This document shows positions 31,656 to 41,155 of a DNA stretch of 61,697 nt, in pieces. Position 1 is the first letter of the stretch. Every line of letters begins with the position of its first letter. This DNA comes from Mycobacterium sp. (GTDB lineage: Bacteria; Actinomycetota; Actinomycetes; Mycobacteriales; Mycobacteriaceae): NCBI GenBank assembly GCA_036519055.1, contig DATDLZ010000074.1:1-61697 (forward strand), given 5' to 3'. A model generated the notes under the pieces. It had not been told where the DNA came from, searched no databases, and saw only the letters and a list, made by a program, of their open reading frames with translations. Both the position numbers and the translations under genes were made by a program.

Positions 31656-32762
31656 TCAGGCAGCGACCAAGTCGCGTTCCTTCGGCTTGACGTCGCTGCG
31701 GTCCTTCGGCGGCACGGCCAGCCTGATGATCTTGCGCACGACCGTGCCGAACTGCTTCGGTAGCGAGCCCGAGTTGTACGGGATGCCGTAGCGCCGGCAG
31801 ATTTCCTGCACCTCGGACGCGATCTCCGAGTACCGGTGGGCCGGCATGTCCGGGAAGAGGTGGTGCTCGATCTGGTGCGACAGGTTGCCGGACAGCAGGT
31901 GAAAGAGCTTTCCGCCGGTCAGGTTCGCCGAGCCGAGGATCTGGCGGAAATACCACATGCCGCGCGACTCGCCCTGAGTCTCTTCGACGGTGAACTGCTG
32001 TGTGCCGTCCGGGAAGTGGCCGCAGAAGATGATCATGTACGACCACACGTTGCGCATCAGGTTGGCGGTCATGTTGCCGGTGAACACGAACGGGGCGAAC
32101 GGTCCGGCCAGCAGCGGGAATGCGACGTAGTCCTTGAGCACCTGCTTGCGGGTCTTGTGCCAAATCTCCTGCAGAACATCGCGTTTGTCCGCCAACCGGA
32201 TCTCGCCGGAGGTGATGCGCTCGCTTTCCATTTCGTGCAGCGCGACGCCGTACTGGAACAGCACCATCAGCAGGAAGGCGTAGATCGGGTTGCCCAAGAA
32301 GTAGGGCTTCCACGGCTGGTCCTCGCTCATCCGCAGGATGCCGTAGCCGATGTCGCGGTCCATGCCCACGATGTTGGTGTGGGTGTGGTGCATGTAGTTG
32401 TGCGAGTGCCGCCATTGGTCGGCCGGGCACGCGGTGTCCCACTCGAATTCCTGGCCGCGGATCGACGGGTCACGCATCCAGTCGTACTGGCCGTGCATGA
32501 TGTTGTGGCCGATTTCCATGTTGTCCAGAATCTTTGAGATCCCGAGCATCGCGGTACCCGCCAGCCAGGCCGGCGGAAAGATCCCGGCGAATAGCAGGGC
32601 GCGGCCGCCCACTTCGAGTCCGCGCTGCGTCTTGATGACGCGACGGATGTAGTCGGCGTCGCGCTGGCCGAGGTCGGCCATCACGCGTTCTTTGATGGCG
32701 TCGAGTTCAGCGCCGAATGCATCGGCCTGCTCGGAAGTCAGATTGATCTTGGGCTGCGACAT
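31656..32762 (-). CDS. Membrane fatty acyl-CoA desaturase (DesA3-like)
   Basis: His boxes HNIMH, HNYMHH, HQIEHHLFP. Confidence 0.92.
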   Translation of the reverse strand: MSQPKINLTSEQADAFGAELDAIKERVMADLGQRDADYIRRVIKTQRGLEVGGRALLFAGIFPPAWLAGTAMLGISKILDNMEIGHNIMHGQYDWMRDPSIRGQEFEWDTACPADQWRHSHNYMHHTHTNIVGMDRDIGYGILRMSEDQPWKPYFLGNPIYAFLLMVLFQYGVALHEMESERITSGEIRLADKRDVLQEIWHKTRKQVLKDYVAFPLLAGPFAPFVFTGNMTANLMRNVWSYMIIFCGHFPDGTQQFTVEETQGESRGMWYFRQILGSANLTGGKLFHLLSGNLSHQIEHHLFPDMPAHRYSEIASEVQEICRRYGIPYNSGSLPKQFGTVVRKIIRLAVPPKDRSDVKPKERDLVAA

Positions 32763-32790
32763 GATTGGAGCCTCCAAATCTCTAGCGGGT

Positions 32791-33846
32791 TTAAAGGGCG
32801 ATGTCGACGTCACCGACGGGAACGGACACACAGATCTGCACGTCCTCGTCGGGTGCTGTCGACACCGCACCGGTGGTCAGGTTGCGCACGACACCGCTGG
32901 TCTTGCGGCGCGTGCAGGTGTGGCAGATGCCCATCCGGCATCCGCTGTTCGGGTTCAGGCCAGCCGATTCGGCCTGCTCCAGCAGCGGGCGACCATCATC
33001 GACGACGTCAATGCTGCTGTCCGCGAACGTGACCCGCCCACCCGTTGGCTGCGCGGGCAGATCGAACGACGGCGCCACGAAGCTCTCCGAGTACACGTTC
33101 TCGCAGTGCTCACGGACGGCCTCGACCAAAGCGGTTGGACCACAGACGAAGACCGCGTCAGGTTCCGGCATGGCCGCCGTCAGGTGGCCGGGGCCGAATC
33201 GGCCGTCGAGATCGCCGCCGGCCGATCTGGTGTAGCCGTGCAGCACTCGCACACCCGGCATCGCGGCAAGCTCGTCGCGGTAGCACGCCTCAGCGCTGTT
33301 GCGCGAGTAGTGCACGAAGGCGATCTCGCCCGCATGGTCCTCGTTGACCAGCGTGCGCAGCATTGCCATGACGGGCGTGATCCCGCTGCCGCCGGAGACG
33401 AACAGGATGCGGCGGGGTCGCTGCGCCGGCAAGACGAAGTCGCCGCCGACACCGGTCAGACCGACCACCATCCCGCGACGCGCGCGCTCGTACAGATAGG
33501 TCGAGACCAGTCCGCCGTCGTGATGTCCGATGGTCAGCTCGACATGCGAGGAGCCCTCGGCGTTGGCCGGTGAGTAGCACCGCGTGTGCCGGCGTCCGTC
33601 GATCTCGACGCTGAGGTTGAGGTATTGCCCGGCCTTGATGGTGTCGGTGAACGCCTCGTTGGGCGCCAGCACCAGGGTGACGCTGCGCGGGGTGTCCCGT
33701 CGCACGTCGACGACCTTCGCGCGGCCTTCAGCCAGCGTCCAGGTCCGGTCCACCTGCTCGGTGTACCGGTCGACGCCGTGCGGGCCGGTCAGCAGGTTGA
33801 CCAGGTCGGAGCCCAGCACCCGCGTCTTCAAAGTTTGAGTGAACAT
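32791..33846 (-). CDS. Ferredoxin-reductase partner of the desaturase (Rv3230c-like)
   Basis: RCYS, GGSGITP, CGP, 2Fe-2S CRMGICHTC...C. Confidence 0.92.
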   Translation of the reverse strand: MFTQTLKTRVLGSDLVNLLTGPHGVDRYTEQVDRTWTLAEGRAKVVDVRRDTPRSVTLVLAPNEAFTDTIKAGQYLNLSVEIDGRRHTRCYSPANAEGSSHVELTIGHHDGGLVSTYLYERARRGMVVGLTGVGGDFVLPAQRPRRILFVSGGSGITPVMAMLRTLVNEDHAGEIAFVHYSRNSAEACYRDELAAMPGVRVLHGYTRSAGGDLDGRFGPGHLTAAMPEPDAVFVCGPTALVEAVREHCENVYSESFVAPSFDLPAQPTGGRVTFADSSIDVVDDGRPLLEQAESAGLNPNSGCRMGICHTCTRRKTSGVVRNLTTGAVSTAPDEDVQICVSVPVGDVDIAL

Positions 33847-33912
33847 GTGTATACCGTGCGCGCACATAGCCCTGTTCGTCAAGGGTTTTCCCAGGTCTGT
33901 GGTACGGTTCAC

Positions 33913-34590
33913 ATGGTGAACAGTCGTGCTCCTAGTTCACGGCCGCACCGGTCGAGCCGCGGTCGTAGCCGCGAGGGCCCGTCCCGCGAGGAGCGCAAAG
34001 AGGCGACTCGCCGGGCCATTGTGGCCGCGGCGCTCAAACTGCTCGACGAGCACAGTTTCAGCGGATTGAGCCTGCGTGAGGTGACCCGGGAGGCCGGGAT
34101 CGTCCCGGGAGCGTTCTATCGCCACTTCGAATCGATGGAGGCCCTCGGGCTGGTCCTGATCGACGAGTCGTTTCGGACCTTGCGTGACATGTTGCGCGGC
34201 GCGCGCGCCGGCAAGCTCGACCCCAACCGGGTGATCGAGTCCTCGGTCGAGATCGTGGTCGCGAGCGTCACCGAACGTCGCGAGCACTGGCGTTTCATCG
34301 GACGCGAACGCTCCAGCGGCGTCACCGTTTTGCGGTATGCGATCCGCACCGAATTTCGGCTGGTGACGTCGGAATTGGCCACCGACCTCGCCCGGTTCCC
34401 GGGTCTCAACGCCTGGAGCACCGACGACCTCAACGTGCTGGCGAGTCTGTTCGTCAACTCGATGATCGTCATCGCCGAGGCACTCGAGGACGTTCAGGGC
34501 GCCGATGCGATCGAGGAGATCCGCATAACCGCGGTCAAGCAACTGCGGATGATCGTCGTCGGCGTTACCGGCTGGCGCAGCAGCCCCTAA
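33913..34590 (+). CDS. TetR family regulator (DesT/FabR-like)
   Basis: FSGLSLREVTREAGIVPGAFYRHF; divergent from the desaturase operon. Confidence 0.88.
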   Translation: MVNSRAPSSRPHRSSRGRSREGPSREERKEATRRAIVAAALKLLDEHSFSGLSLREVTREAGIVPGAFYRHFESMEALGLVLIDESFRTLRDMLRGARAGKLDPNRVIESSVEIVVASVTERREHWRFIGRERSSGVTVLRYAIRTEFRLVTSELATDLARFPGLNAWSTDDLNVLASLFVNSMIVIAEALEDVQGADAIEEIRITAVKQLRMIVVGVTGWRSSP

Positions 34591-35021
34591 GCATCTTCGA
34601 CGTTCTCTGCGCAGCGCAGTAACACTTCGGCAACGGTTCGCCGATCGCGGGCCGAAACACGTTGCAGCATCACTGCTTCCACGGCGAATACCGCGTCATG
34701 AGCAGCGCTCAGGCGGCGCGCTCCGAGGCGAGTCAAGGCCAACGATCGGGATCGGCCGCGCGGCGGCGCGTCAGCAGTCTCGACCAAGCCATCAGCCCTT
34801 AAGCCGGCCAATACGTCCTGCAGCGACTGCCTCGTCACGAAACACAGCCGGGCCAACTCCGCCGCCGAGGCATCGGGGTGTTCATGCAGCGCCCGCAACG
34901 TCGAGTACTGGGCCATCGACAGACCGGTCGGCTTCAGCGCGCTGTCACATCGGCGCCGCAGGCCCTGCTGAACCCGTTTGATGAGGTAGCCGACTGAGCG
35001 TTCGGCCTCCGACGGTTGCAT
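34587..35021 (-). CDS. MarR family regulator
   Basis: GYLIKR, SAAELARLCFVTRQS, LTRLG. Confidence 0.88.
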   Translation of the reverse strand: MQPSEAERSVGYLIKRVQQGLRRRCDSALKPTGLSMAQYSTLRALHEHPDASAAELARLCFVTRQSLQDVLAGLRADGLVETADAPPRGRSRSLALTRLGARRLSAAHDAVFAVEAVMLQRVSARDRRTVAEVLLRCAENVEDA

Positions 35022-35066
35022 GACAGGAACCTTACACTCATGCTATGGTTTCGTCAGGAACCTGAC
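35022..35066. promoter_or_regulatory. Paired MarR-type operator palindromes
   Basis: GTCAGG-AA-CCTGAC (35053-35066, perfect) and GACAGG-AA-CCTTAC (35022-35035). Confidence 0.65.
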
Positions 35067-35079
35067 AAAGGAGAAAACC

Positions 35080-35406
35080 ATGTCGACCATCACCGCACAC
35101 GCCGACCACGCGACATTGATCAACGTGTTCAGCGTGCAACCCGAGCGGGCTCGAGAACTCGCCGATCTCCTGACGGCGGCCACCGAGGACGTGATGCAGC
35201 ACATCGACGGGTTCATCTCGGCGAATATTCACCTCAGCACCGACGGCACCCGTGTCGTCAACTACGCGCAATGGCGCAGCCCGGAAGCATTTCAGGCGAT
35301 GCTGAGCAATCCCACGGCCCGCCAACACATGGGACAGTGTGCGGACTTAGCCGACAGCTACGAACCGCATCTCTACACCGTCGAGTCGGTGCATTCCGCG
35401 CCATGA
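35080..35406 (+). CDS. Antibiotic biosynthesis monooxygenase family protein
   Basis: TLINVF, GFISANIH, VVNYAQW; AAGGAG RBS. Confidence 0.88.
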   Translation: MSTITAHADHATLINVFSVQPERARELADLLTAATEDVMQHIDGFISANIHLSTDGTRVVNYAQWRSPEAFQAMLSNPTARQHMGQCADLADSYEPHLYTVESVHSAP

Positions 35407-35531
35407 TGGTGCCATGGGCAGCTGTGAGTGACTCGTCACATTGGCCGAACCGGCTTCACCCGCTCGTCGTGAGATGCATTGGAGGTCAATGAGGATCTGT
35501 GACATGCACCATCACAGCCGAGGAGACCATC

Positions 35532-35777
35532 ATGACAAATCTAGACCCGCAGACCACGGACGACTTCTGGGATGCATATCTCCGCGCCGCCGGCGCCGAT
35601 ACCAAGCTGGCGCAGGTCAGCCGCACTTTTCCCGATGCCCCGCACGAACTCTGCTCTCCAGTTGGCGGGCCGGTGTCATTCGTGCCGAGAATTACTACTG
35701 CGCCAATAACATTCGCCTGGGACCTCGTTGTGCTGCGGGCTCCGATCGCCGTGGACGCGCCACCTAGGGTTGCGTAA
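35532..35777 (+). pseudogene. Short ORF, possibly a truncated ASCH-domain gene remnant
   Basis: GAGGAG RBS; N-terminus DDFWDAYLRAAG is reminiscent of ASCH proteins, then the sequence degenerates. Confidence 0.3.
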
Positions 35778-35900
35778 GCGGCTGAGTAGAGCGGCGAGAA
35801 GTTGGGTGAGCCAGGTTGGTCCTTGCGCCACGACTCATCGGCCCTCCTGCTCGGCGCTTGGTCCTGACTGCCTTCACAAAGCCGTGTCCTGGATCTGTAT

Positions 35901-36515
35901 TCAGCGCGGCGGCCGCCACATCGGCCACAACGTCGGGCCGCCATCGGGGAGGGTAATTTCTCCGGTGACCTCGAAACCGAACCGCTGGTAGTACGGCACG
36001 TTTTCAGCCTTGCTGGATTCGAGATAGGCGGGTGCGTGCTCCGCGTCGACACGGTCGAGGCGCGACTGCATCAGCGCCTGCCCGTAGCCTTTGCCCCGCA
36101 CCGAGGTGTCACTACCGATCACCGCGAGATACCAGTGCGGTTCCTCCGGGTGCTGTGACTTCATCTGCTCGAGCAGTCCACCGAGCCTGCGGGCCGTTGT
36201 CAGCCGCGGACCGAACCCGAGGATGAATGACGGCAGCATCATCAGCTGCTCGCGGCCCGATTGCTTCCATCGGCCCGGGGGATCCCAGAGTGCCGCCGCG
36301 CCGATGGTCGACCCGTCGGTGGCGACCTCGACGCCGCCACCGGCGAGGTGGTGGTGGCGCGTGACGGTCGCGAAGAACTTCCGCAGGTGCGCCGCCCGCG
36401 CCTTGGGGTCGGGCATGATCCAGACCGATACCGGGTCGTCGTAGAAGGCGCGGCCAAGTGCGTGCGATAGCTCGGAGACATCGGCCTTGTGCCCAGGACG
36501 CGTATGGATTGTCAT
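35901..36515 (-). CDS. GNAT N-acetyltransferase, Rv0133-like (puromycin acetyltransferase-like)
   Basis: HWYLAVIG, RGKGYG, AYLESS, YYQRFGF. Confidence 0.9.
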   Translation of the reverse strand: MTIHTRPGHKADVSELSHALGRAFYDDPVSVWIMPDPKARAAHLRKFFATVTRHHHLAGGGVEVATDGSTIGAAALWDPPGRWKQSGREQLMMLPSFILGFGPRLTTARRLGGLLEQMKSQHPEEPHWYLAVIGSDTSVRGKGYGQALMQSRLDRVDAEHAPAYLESSKAENVPYYQRFGFEVTGEITLPDGGPTLWPMWRPPR

Positions 36516-36544
36516 TGACCGCCAGAGTAGTAGCGTCGGATATC

Positions 36545-37834
36545 GTGTGGGACTTCGAGACGGACCCCGAATACCAGCAGAAGCTGGATTGGGTCGAAGA
36601 ATTCATGGTCAACGAGCTCGAGCCGCTGGACCTGGTCGCGCTCGATCCGTACGACAAAAAGAATCCCGAGACCATGGCGGTCCTGCGTCCCCTGCAGCAG
36701 CAGGTCAGGGATCACGGCCTGTGGGCGGCGCACCTCGAACCCGAACTCGGCGGCCAAGGCTATGGCCAGGTCAAGCTCGCGCTGCTGAACGAAATCGTGG
36801 GCCGGTCCCGCTGGGCCCCGTCGGTGTTCGGCTCGCAGGCACCGGACTCGGGCAACGCCGAGATCCTGGCCCTGTTCGGCACCCCCGAACAGAAGACGCG
36901 CTATTTAGAACCGCTGCTCGCCGGCGAGATCACCTCGTGTTACTCCATGACCGAACCGCAAGGCGGTTCGGATCCGGGCCTGTTCGTGACCCGCGCCGAA
37001 CGCGACGGCGACTCATGGGTCATCAACGGCGAGAAATGGTTTTCCACCAACGCCCGGCACGCCACGTTTTACATCGTCATGGCGGTCACCAATCCCGACG
37101 CCCGTACCCGCGACAAAATGTCGTTGTTCATCGTCCCCGCCGGAACACCGGGCGTCGAGATCATCCGCAACGTGGGCGTCGGCACGGAGTCGCATGCCAC
37201 GCACGGCTACGTCGGTTACACCGACGTCCGGGTGCCGGCCGACCACATCCTCGGCGGCGAGGGACAGGCCTTCGCGATCGCACAGACCCGGCTGGGCGGC
37301 GGGCGCATTCATCACGCCATGCGGACCATCGCGTTGGCCCGGCGGGCATTCGACATGATGTGTGAGCGAGCGGTCTCCCGCCAGACCCGGATGGGTCCGC
37401 TATCGAATTTCCAGATGACCCAGGAGAAGATCGCCGACAGCTGGATCCAGATCGAGCAGTTCCGGTTGTTGGTGCTGCGCACCGCCTGGCTGATCGACAA
37501 GCATCACGACTACCAGAAGGTCCGGCGCGATATCGCCGCAGTCAAGGTGGCGATGCCGCAGGTGTTGCACGACGTCGCTCAGCGCGCGTTGCACCTGCAC
37601 GGCGCGCTCGGGGTCTCCAACGAGATGCCGTTCATCAAGATGATGATCGCCGCGGAGTCGCTGGGGATCGCCGACGGTGCCACCGAGCTGCACAAGATGA
37701 CCGTGGCTCGCCGCACGTTGCGCGAATATGAGCCGGTGTCAACGCCTTTCCCGTCGCAGCACCTGCCGACCCGGCGCGCCGAGGCGCAGGCCCGGTTGGC
37801 CGAGCGCCTGGAGCACGCGGTCGCCGAGTTCTAA
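36545..37834 (+). CDS. fadE1: Acyl-CoA dehydrogenase FadE1
   Basis: WDFETDP, QAPDSGNAE, SMTEPQGGSDP, RLGGGRIHH, IADGATE. Confidence 0.9.
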   Translation: MWDFETDPEYQQKLDWVEEFMVNELEPLDLVALDPYDKKNPETMAVLRPLQQQVRDHGLWAAHLEPELGGQGYGQVKLALLNEIVGRSRWAPSVFGSQAPDSGNAEILALFGTPEQKTRYLEPLLAGEITSCYSMTEPQGGSDPGLFVTRAERDGDSWVINGEKWFSTNARHATFYIVMAVTNPDARTRDKMSLFIVPAGTPGVEIIRNVGVGTESHATHGYVGYTDVRVPADHILGGEGQAFAIAQTRLGGGRIHHAMRTIALARRAFDMMCERAVSRQTRMGPLSNFQMTQEKIADSWIQIEQFRLLVLRTAWLIDKHHDYQKVRRDIAAVKVAMPQVLHDVAQRALHLHGALGVSNEMPFIKMMIAAESLGIADGATELHKMTVARRTLREYEPVSTPFPSQHLPTRRAEAQARLAERLEHAVAEF

Positions 37835-38736
37835 CCGCCGGCGGTGACGCGGTCGATGTGGGCAAGAAAGTGCGTCAGCACCGCATCAGGTGCCTCGAGT
37901 TGCGGCCAGTGCCCGATGTCGTCGGCGAGCACGATCACGTCGGGGTTGGGGATCACCTCGGCGTAGCGGCGGGCCATGTGCGCACCGGAGTTGGGGTCGA
38001 TCGGTCCGTCAATCAACCGCATCGGAACATCGGTCTCTCGCATCGCCCGCACCCACCGGTTCCGGTGTGTGTGGCGGTCTTTGATGAAACGGCCGACCTT
38101 GTGCAGCACGCGCCGGCCGTCGTTGTAGTCCAGGATCTGACTGAACACGTCCATCATGTGCCGTGTCGGTTTGGTGTTGGGACCGAACATCTCCCGCAAC
38201 GTCGGCTCCAGCAGCCGACGCGACAACGGACTGTTCTGTACCGGACTCAAGATGTCGCCCAGCGGCGTTCCCGACATCAGCTTCTGTGCCGCCCGCGGCG
38301 TGTAGGTCTCGACGAACATGCCGCCGTTGAGCCAGGTGATCGAGTCGATGCGCAGCGCGCCATAGGCGTGTTGACGAAATTCGTGACGGGCCAACAATTC
38401 CTGGCCGACTGAGTCGCCGATGTCATGGGCCAGGATGTGCGCGTTGCTGATGCCCAGGTGAGCCAGCAGCGCCTCGTGCATGTCGGCGTGGTCATGCACC
38501 GAGTATTCGTACGCGACGGGCTTGGCCGAGAAGCCCATTCCCATCATGTCGGGTGCGATCACCGTGAATCGCTGGGTCAGCGTCGGCCAAATCGGCTCCC
38601 AGTCAAAGGAATTGAATGGGTAGCCGTGGATCAGCAGCAGCGGAGGACCGCTGCCCTCCACCCGATAGAAGATGTCGAAGCCGAGATAGTCGAAGTACAG
38701 TCCTTCATCCAGCCAGGAAGCCAGGCCAGCGTCCAT
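37831..38736 (-). CDS. Alpha/beta hydrolase (MesT/epoxide-hydrolase-like)
   Basis: HGYP, AHDIGDSV, DPNSG, GHWPQLE. Confidence 0.88.
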   Translation of the reverse strand: MDAGLASWLDEGLYFDYLGFDIFYRVEGSGPPLLLIHGYPFNSFDWEPIWPTLTQRFTVIAPDMMGMGFSAKPVAYEYSVHDHADMHEALLAHLGISNAHILAHDIGDSVGQELLARHEFRQHAYGALRIDSITWLNGGMFVETYTPRAAQKLMSGTPLGDILSPVQNSPLSRRLLEPTLREMFGPNTKPTRHMMDVFSQILDYNDGRRVLHKVGRFIKDRHTHRNRWVRAMRETDVPMRLIDGPIDPNSGAHMARRYAEVIPNPDVIVLADDIGHWPQLEAPDAVLTHFLAHIDRVTAGG

Positions 38737-38748
38737 GACCCCGCCGCC

Positions 38749-39204
38749 CTACGCGATGTAGCGAACGACGCTCTCGGCCACACACGCCGGTTTGTCCGAG
38801 CCCTCGACCTCCACGGTGGTCGACACGGTGGCCTGCACCGCACCGTTGCCCAGGTCCTCGACATTGACCAGAGAACTCTTCGCACGGACGCGAGAGCCGA
38901 CCGGGACCGGCGCGGGAAAGCGGACCTTGTTCAGTCCGTAGTTGATTGCGAGCTTGATGCCGTTGACGGTGTACATCTGGTGTTGCAGCCGGGGCAACAG
39001 CGCCAGCGTCATGAAACCGTGCGCGATCGTCTTGCCGAACGGACCCTTGGCCGCCCGCTCCGGGTCGACGTGGATCCACTGGTGATCGCCGGTCGCATCG
39101 GCGAACAGATTGACGTCTTCCTGGCTGATCGTCACCCACTCGCTTTCTCCGATGCTTTCACCCTTGATCGCGGCGAGGTCGGCGACTGATTCGAAGGTGC
39201 GCAT
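38749..39204 (-). CDS. htdZ: MaoC-family 3-hydroxyacyl-thioester dehydratase HtdZ (Rv0130-like)
   Basis: FADATGDHQWIHVD, IAHGF, NYGLNKVRF. Confidence 0.88.
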   Translation of the reverse strand: MRTFESVADLAAIKGESIGESEWVTISQEDVNLFADATGDHQWIHVDPERAAKGPFGKTIAHGFMTLALLPRLQHQMYTVNGIKLAINYGLNKVRFPAPVPVGSRVRAKSSLVNVEDLGNGAVQATVSTTVEVEGSDKPACVAESVVRYIA

Positions 39205-39330
39205 AGCGTTTCTCTCCTTTGAGTCGGCCCGACGGCTAGGCGGGCGGCGCTGATATGCATCGTGCCACTCGCCCGTTGCCAAGCGACCGTCGGCCCGCAC
39301 CGATCCGGCGGCCTGTTGCACGATGGCGGG

Positions 39331-39828
39331 GTGAGGTTGCTCCTTCTCGCCGATACGCATGTGCCGCGCCGGGCCCGCGATCTACCGACGCGCGTGTGGG
39401 ACGAGGTGGCGCAGGCAGACGTCGTCCTGCATGCCGGCGACTGGGTGGAACCCGAGCTGCTCGATGAGCTGACGGCCAGGGCCGCGCGACTGGTGGCGTG
39501 CTGGGGCAACAACGACGGGCCGGTACTGCGTTCACGCCTGCCCGAACGTGCCGACGTCGTTTTGGACGGGCTGCGCTTCACCATCGTCCACGAGACCGGG
39601 GCCACCGCCGGCCGGGACGCCCGGATGTCACGTCAATACCCCGACACCGACGTCCTGGTGTTCGGCCACAGCCACATCCCCTGGGACACCACGACCAGCA
39701 CTGGCCTGCGGCTGTTGAACCCGGGCTCACCGACCGATCGCCGTCGGCAGCCGTACTGCACCTACATGACTGCGCGCGTCGACAGCGGTGCGCTCACCGA
39801 CGTTGTGCTGCATCGTTTGGAGAAGTAG
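39331..39828 (+). CDS. YfcE/MJ0936-family metallophosphoesterase
   Basis: ADTH, HAGD, GNND, GHSH, NPGS. Confidence 0.9.
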   Translation: MRLLLLADTHVPRRARDLPTRVWDEVAQADVVLHAGDWVEPELLDELTARAARLVACWGNNDGPVLRSRLPERADVVLDGLRFTIVHETGATAGRDARMSRQYPDTDVLVFGHSHIPWDTTTSTGLRLLNPGSPTDRRRQPYCTYMTARVDSGALTDVVLHRLEK

Positions 39829-39884
39829 CTCGCTGCTAGCTCGGACATAGCGTCCACACATATTTAGCTCGTAAACAGATACAA

Positions 39885-40337
39885 GTGAACACACTCATCG
39901 ACCCCGTCACCGAGGTGTCGCGGGTCATCGGCAGATTCCGTCGGCAACTTCGCAGGTCGACGGGGCGTGGTTTCGAGTCGGTACGGCTCACCGAATCGCA
40001 GTCGGAATTGCTGTGGCTGGTCGGCCGCCAGCCAGACATCTCGGTCAGCGCTGCCGCGGCCGAGCTGGGGCTGGTCGCCAACACCGCCTCGACCCTGGTG
40101 TCCAAGCTGGTCGACAAGGGGCTGCTGGTGCGGACCGCAGGTCAAACCGATCGCCGCGTCGGCCAGTTACGACTGACCGGAGCCGCCCAGCAGATCGTCG
40201 ATACTTCGCGCGCGACCCGAAAGGCAGCGCTGGCCGAGGTACTCAACGAGCTCGACGACGCCCAGATCGATTCTCTGGCAAAGGGGTTGGAGGTTCTCGA
40301 CACAATGACCCGACGACTACAGGAGCGACCACAATGA
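39885..40337 (+). CDS. MarR family regulator
   Basis: wHTH with NTASTLVSKL, DRR, LT; ATGA coupled to the ABC ATPase. Confidence 0.88.
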   Translation: MNTLIDPVTEVSRVIGRFRRQLRRSTGRGFESVRLTESQSELLWLVGRQPDISVSAAAAELGLVANTASTLVSKLVDKGLLVRTAGQTDRRVGQLRLTGAAQQIVDTSRATRKAALAEVLNELDDAQIDSLAKGLEVLDTMTRRLQERPQ

Positions 40338-41155
40338 GCGGAGCACTGCCGATGGCGGTCGACGCCCGCAATCTGACCTATCGCTACGGCAGTTTCACCG
40401 CCGTCGATGACGTGACGTTGCAGGTGCGGCCGGGCGAGACGATGGGCCTGCTGGGACCCAACGGCGCCGGCAAGACCACGGTGGTGCGGATGCTCACCAC
40501 GCTGACACCCGTGCAGCACGGCGAGCTACGGATCTTCGGCCTGGACGCCCGCGATCAGACGATCGATATTCGCAGCAACATCGGCTATGTGCCGCAGCAA
40601 CTTTCGATCGAGCCGGCGCTGACCGGCCGGCAGAACGTGGCCTGGTTCGCCAGGTTGTACGGCGTGCCGCGCGCGCAGCGATCCGAGCGGGTGGATGAAG
40701 CGTTGGACGCCATGGAGTTGCTCGACGTTGCCGATCGTCCGGCGGGAACCTATTCCGGCGGGATGGTCCGGCGACTGGAGGTGGCGCAGGCGTTGGTCAA
40801 CCGCCCGTCACTGCTGGTACTCGACGAACCGACGGTGGGGCTGGATCCCATCGCGCGCGACCGCGTCTGGGCGCACGTGCTGAACATGCAGGGTCAGTTC
40901 GGCATGACCGTGCTGCTGACCACGCATTACATGGAAGAGGCCGACGCCTTGTGCGACCGGGTTGCGCTGATGCATCACGGCAAGCTTCGCGCCGTCGGGA
41001 CGCCGACGAAGTTGAAGTCGACCGTCTCGTCGTGCGCCACGCTCGAAGACGTCTTCCGGCACTACACCGCGTCGGACTTGTCGAAGCAGGCCGATGGCTC
41101 GGGGTTGTTCCGTGAAATCCGTTCCAGCAGAAAGGTTGCCAGCCGTGCCGGTTGA
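40334..41155 (+). CDS. ABC transporter ATP-binding protein (DrrA-like)
   Basis: GPNGAGKT, YSGGM, LDEPT, TTHYMEEA. Confidence 0.93.
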   Translation: MSGALPMAVDARNLTYRYGSFTAVDDVTLQVRPGETMGLLGPNGAGKTTVVRMLTTLTPVQHGELRIFGLDARDQTIDIRSNIGYVPQQLSIEPALTGRQNVAWFARLYGVPRAQRSERVDEALDAMELLDVADRPAGTYSGGMVRRLEVAQALVNRPSLLVLDEPTVGLDPIARDRVWAHVLNMQGQFGMTVLLTTHYMEEADALCDRVALMHHGKLRAVGTPTKLKSTVSSCATLEDVFRHYTASDLSKQADGSGLFREIRSSRKVASRAG

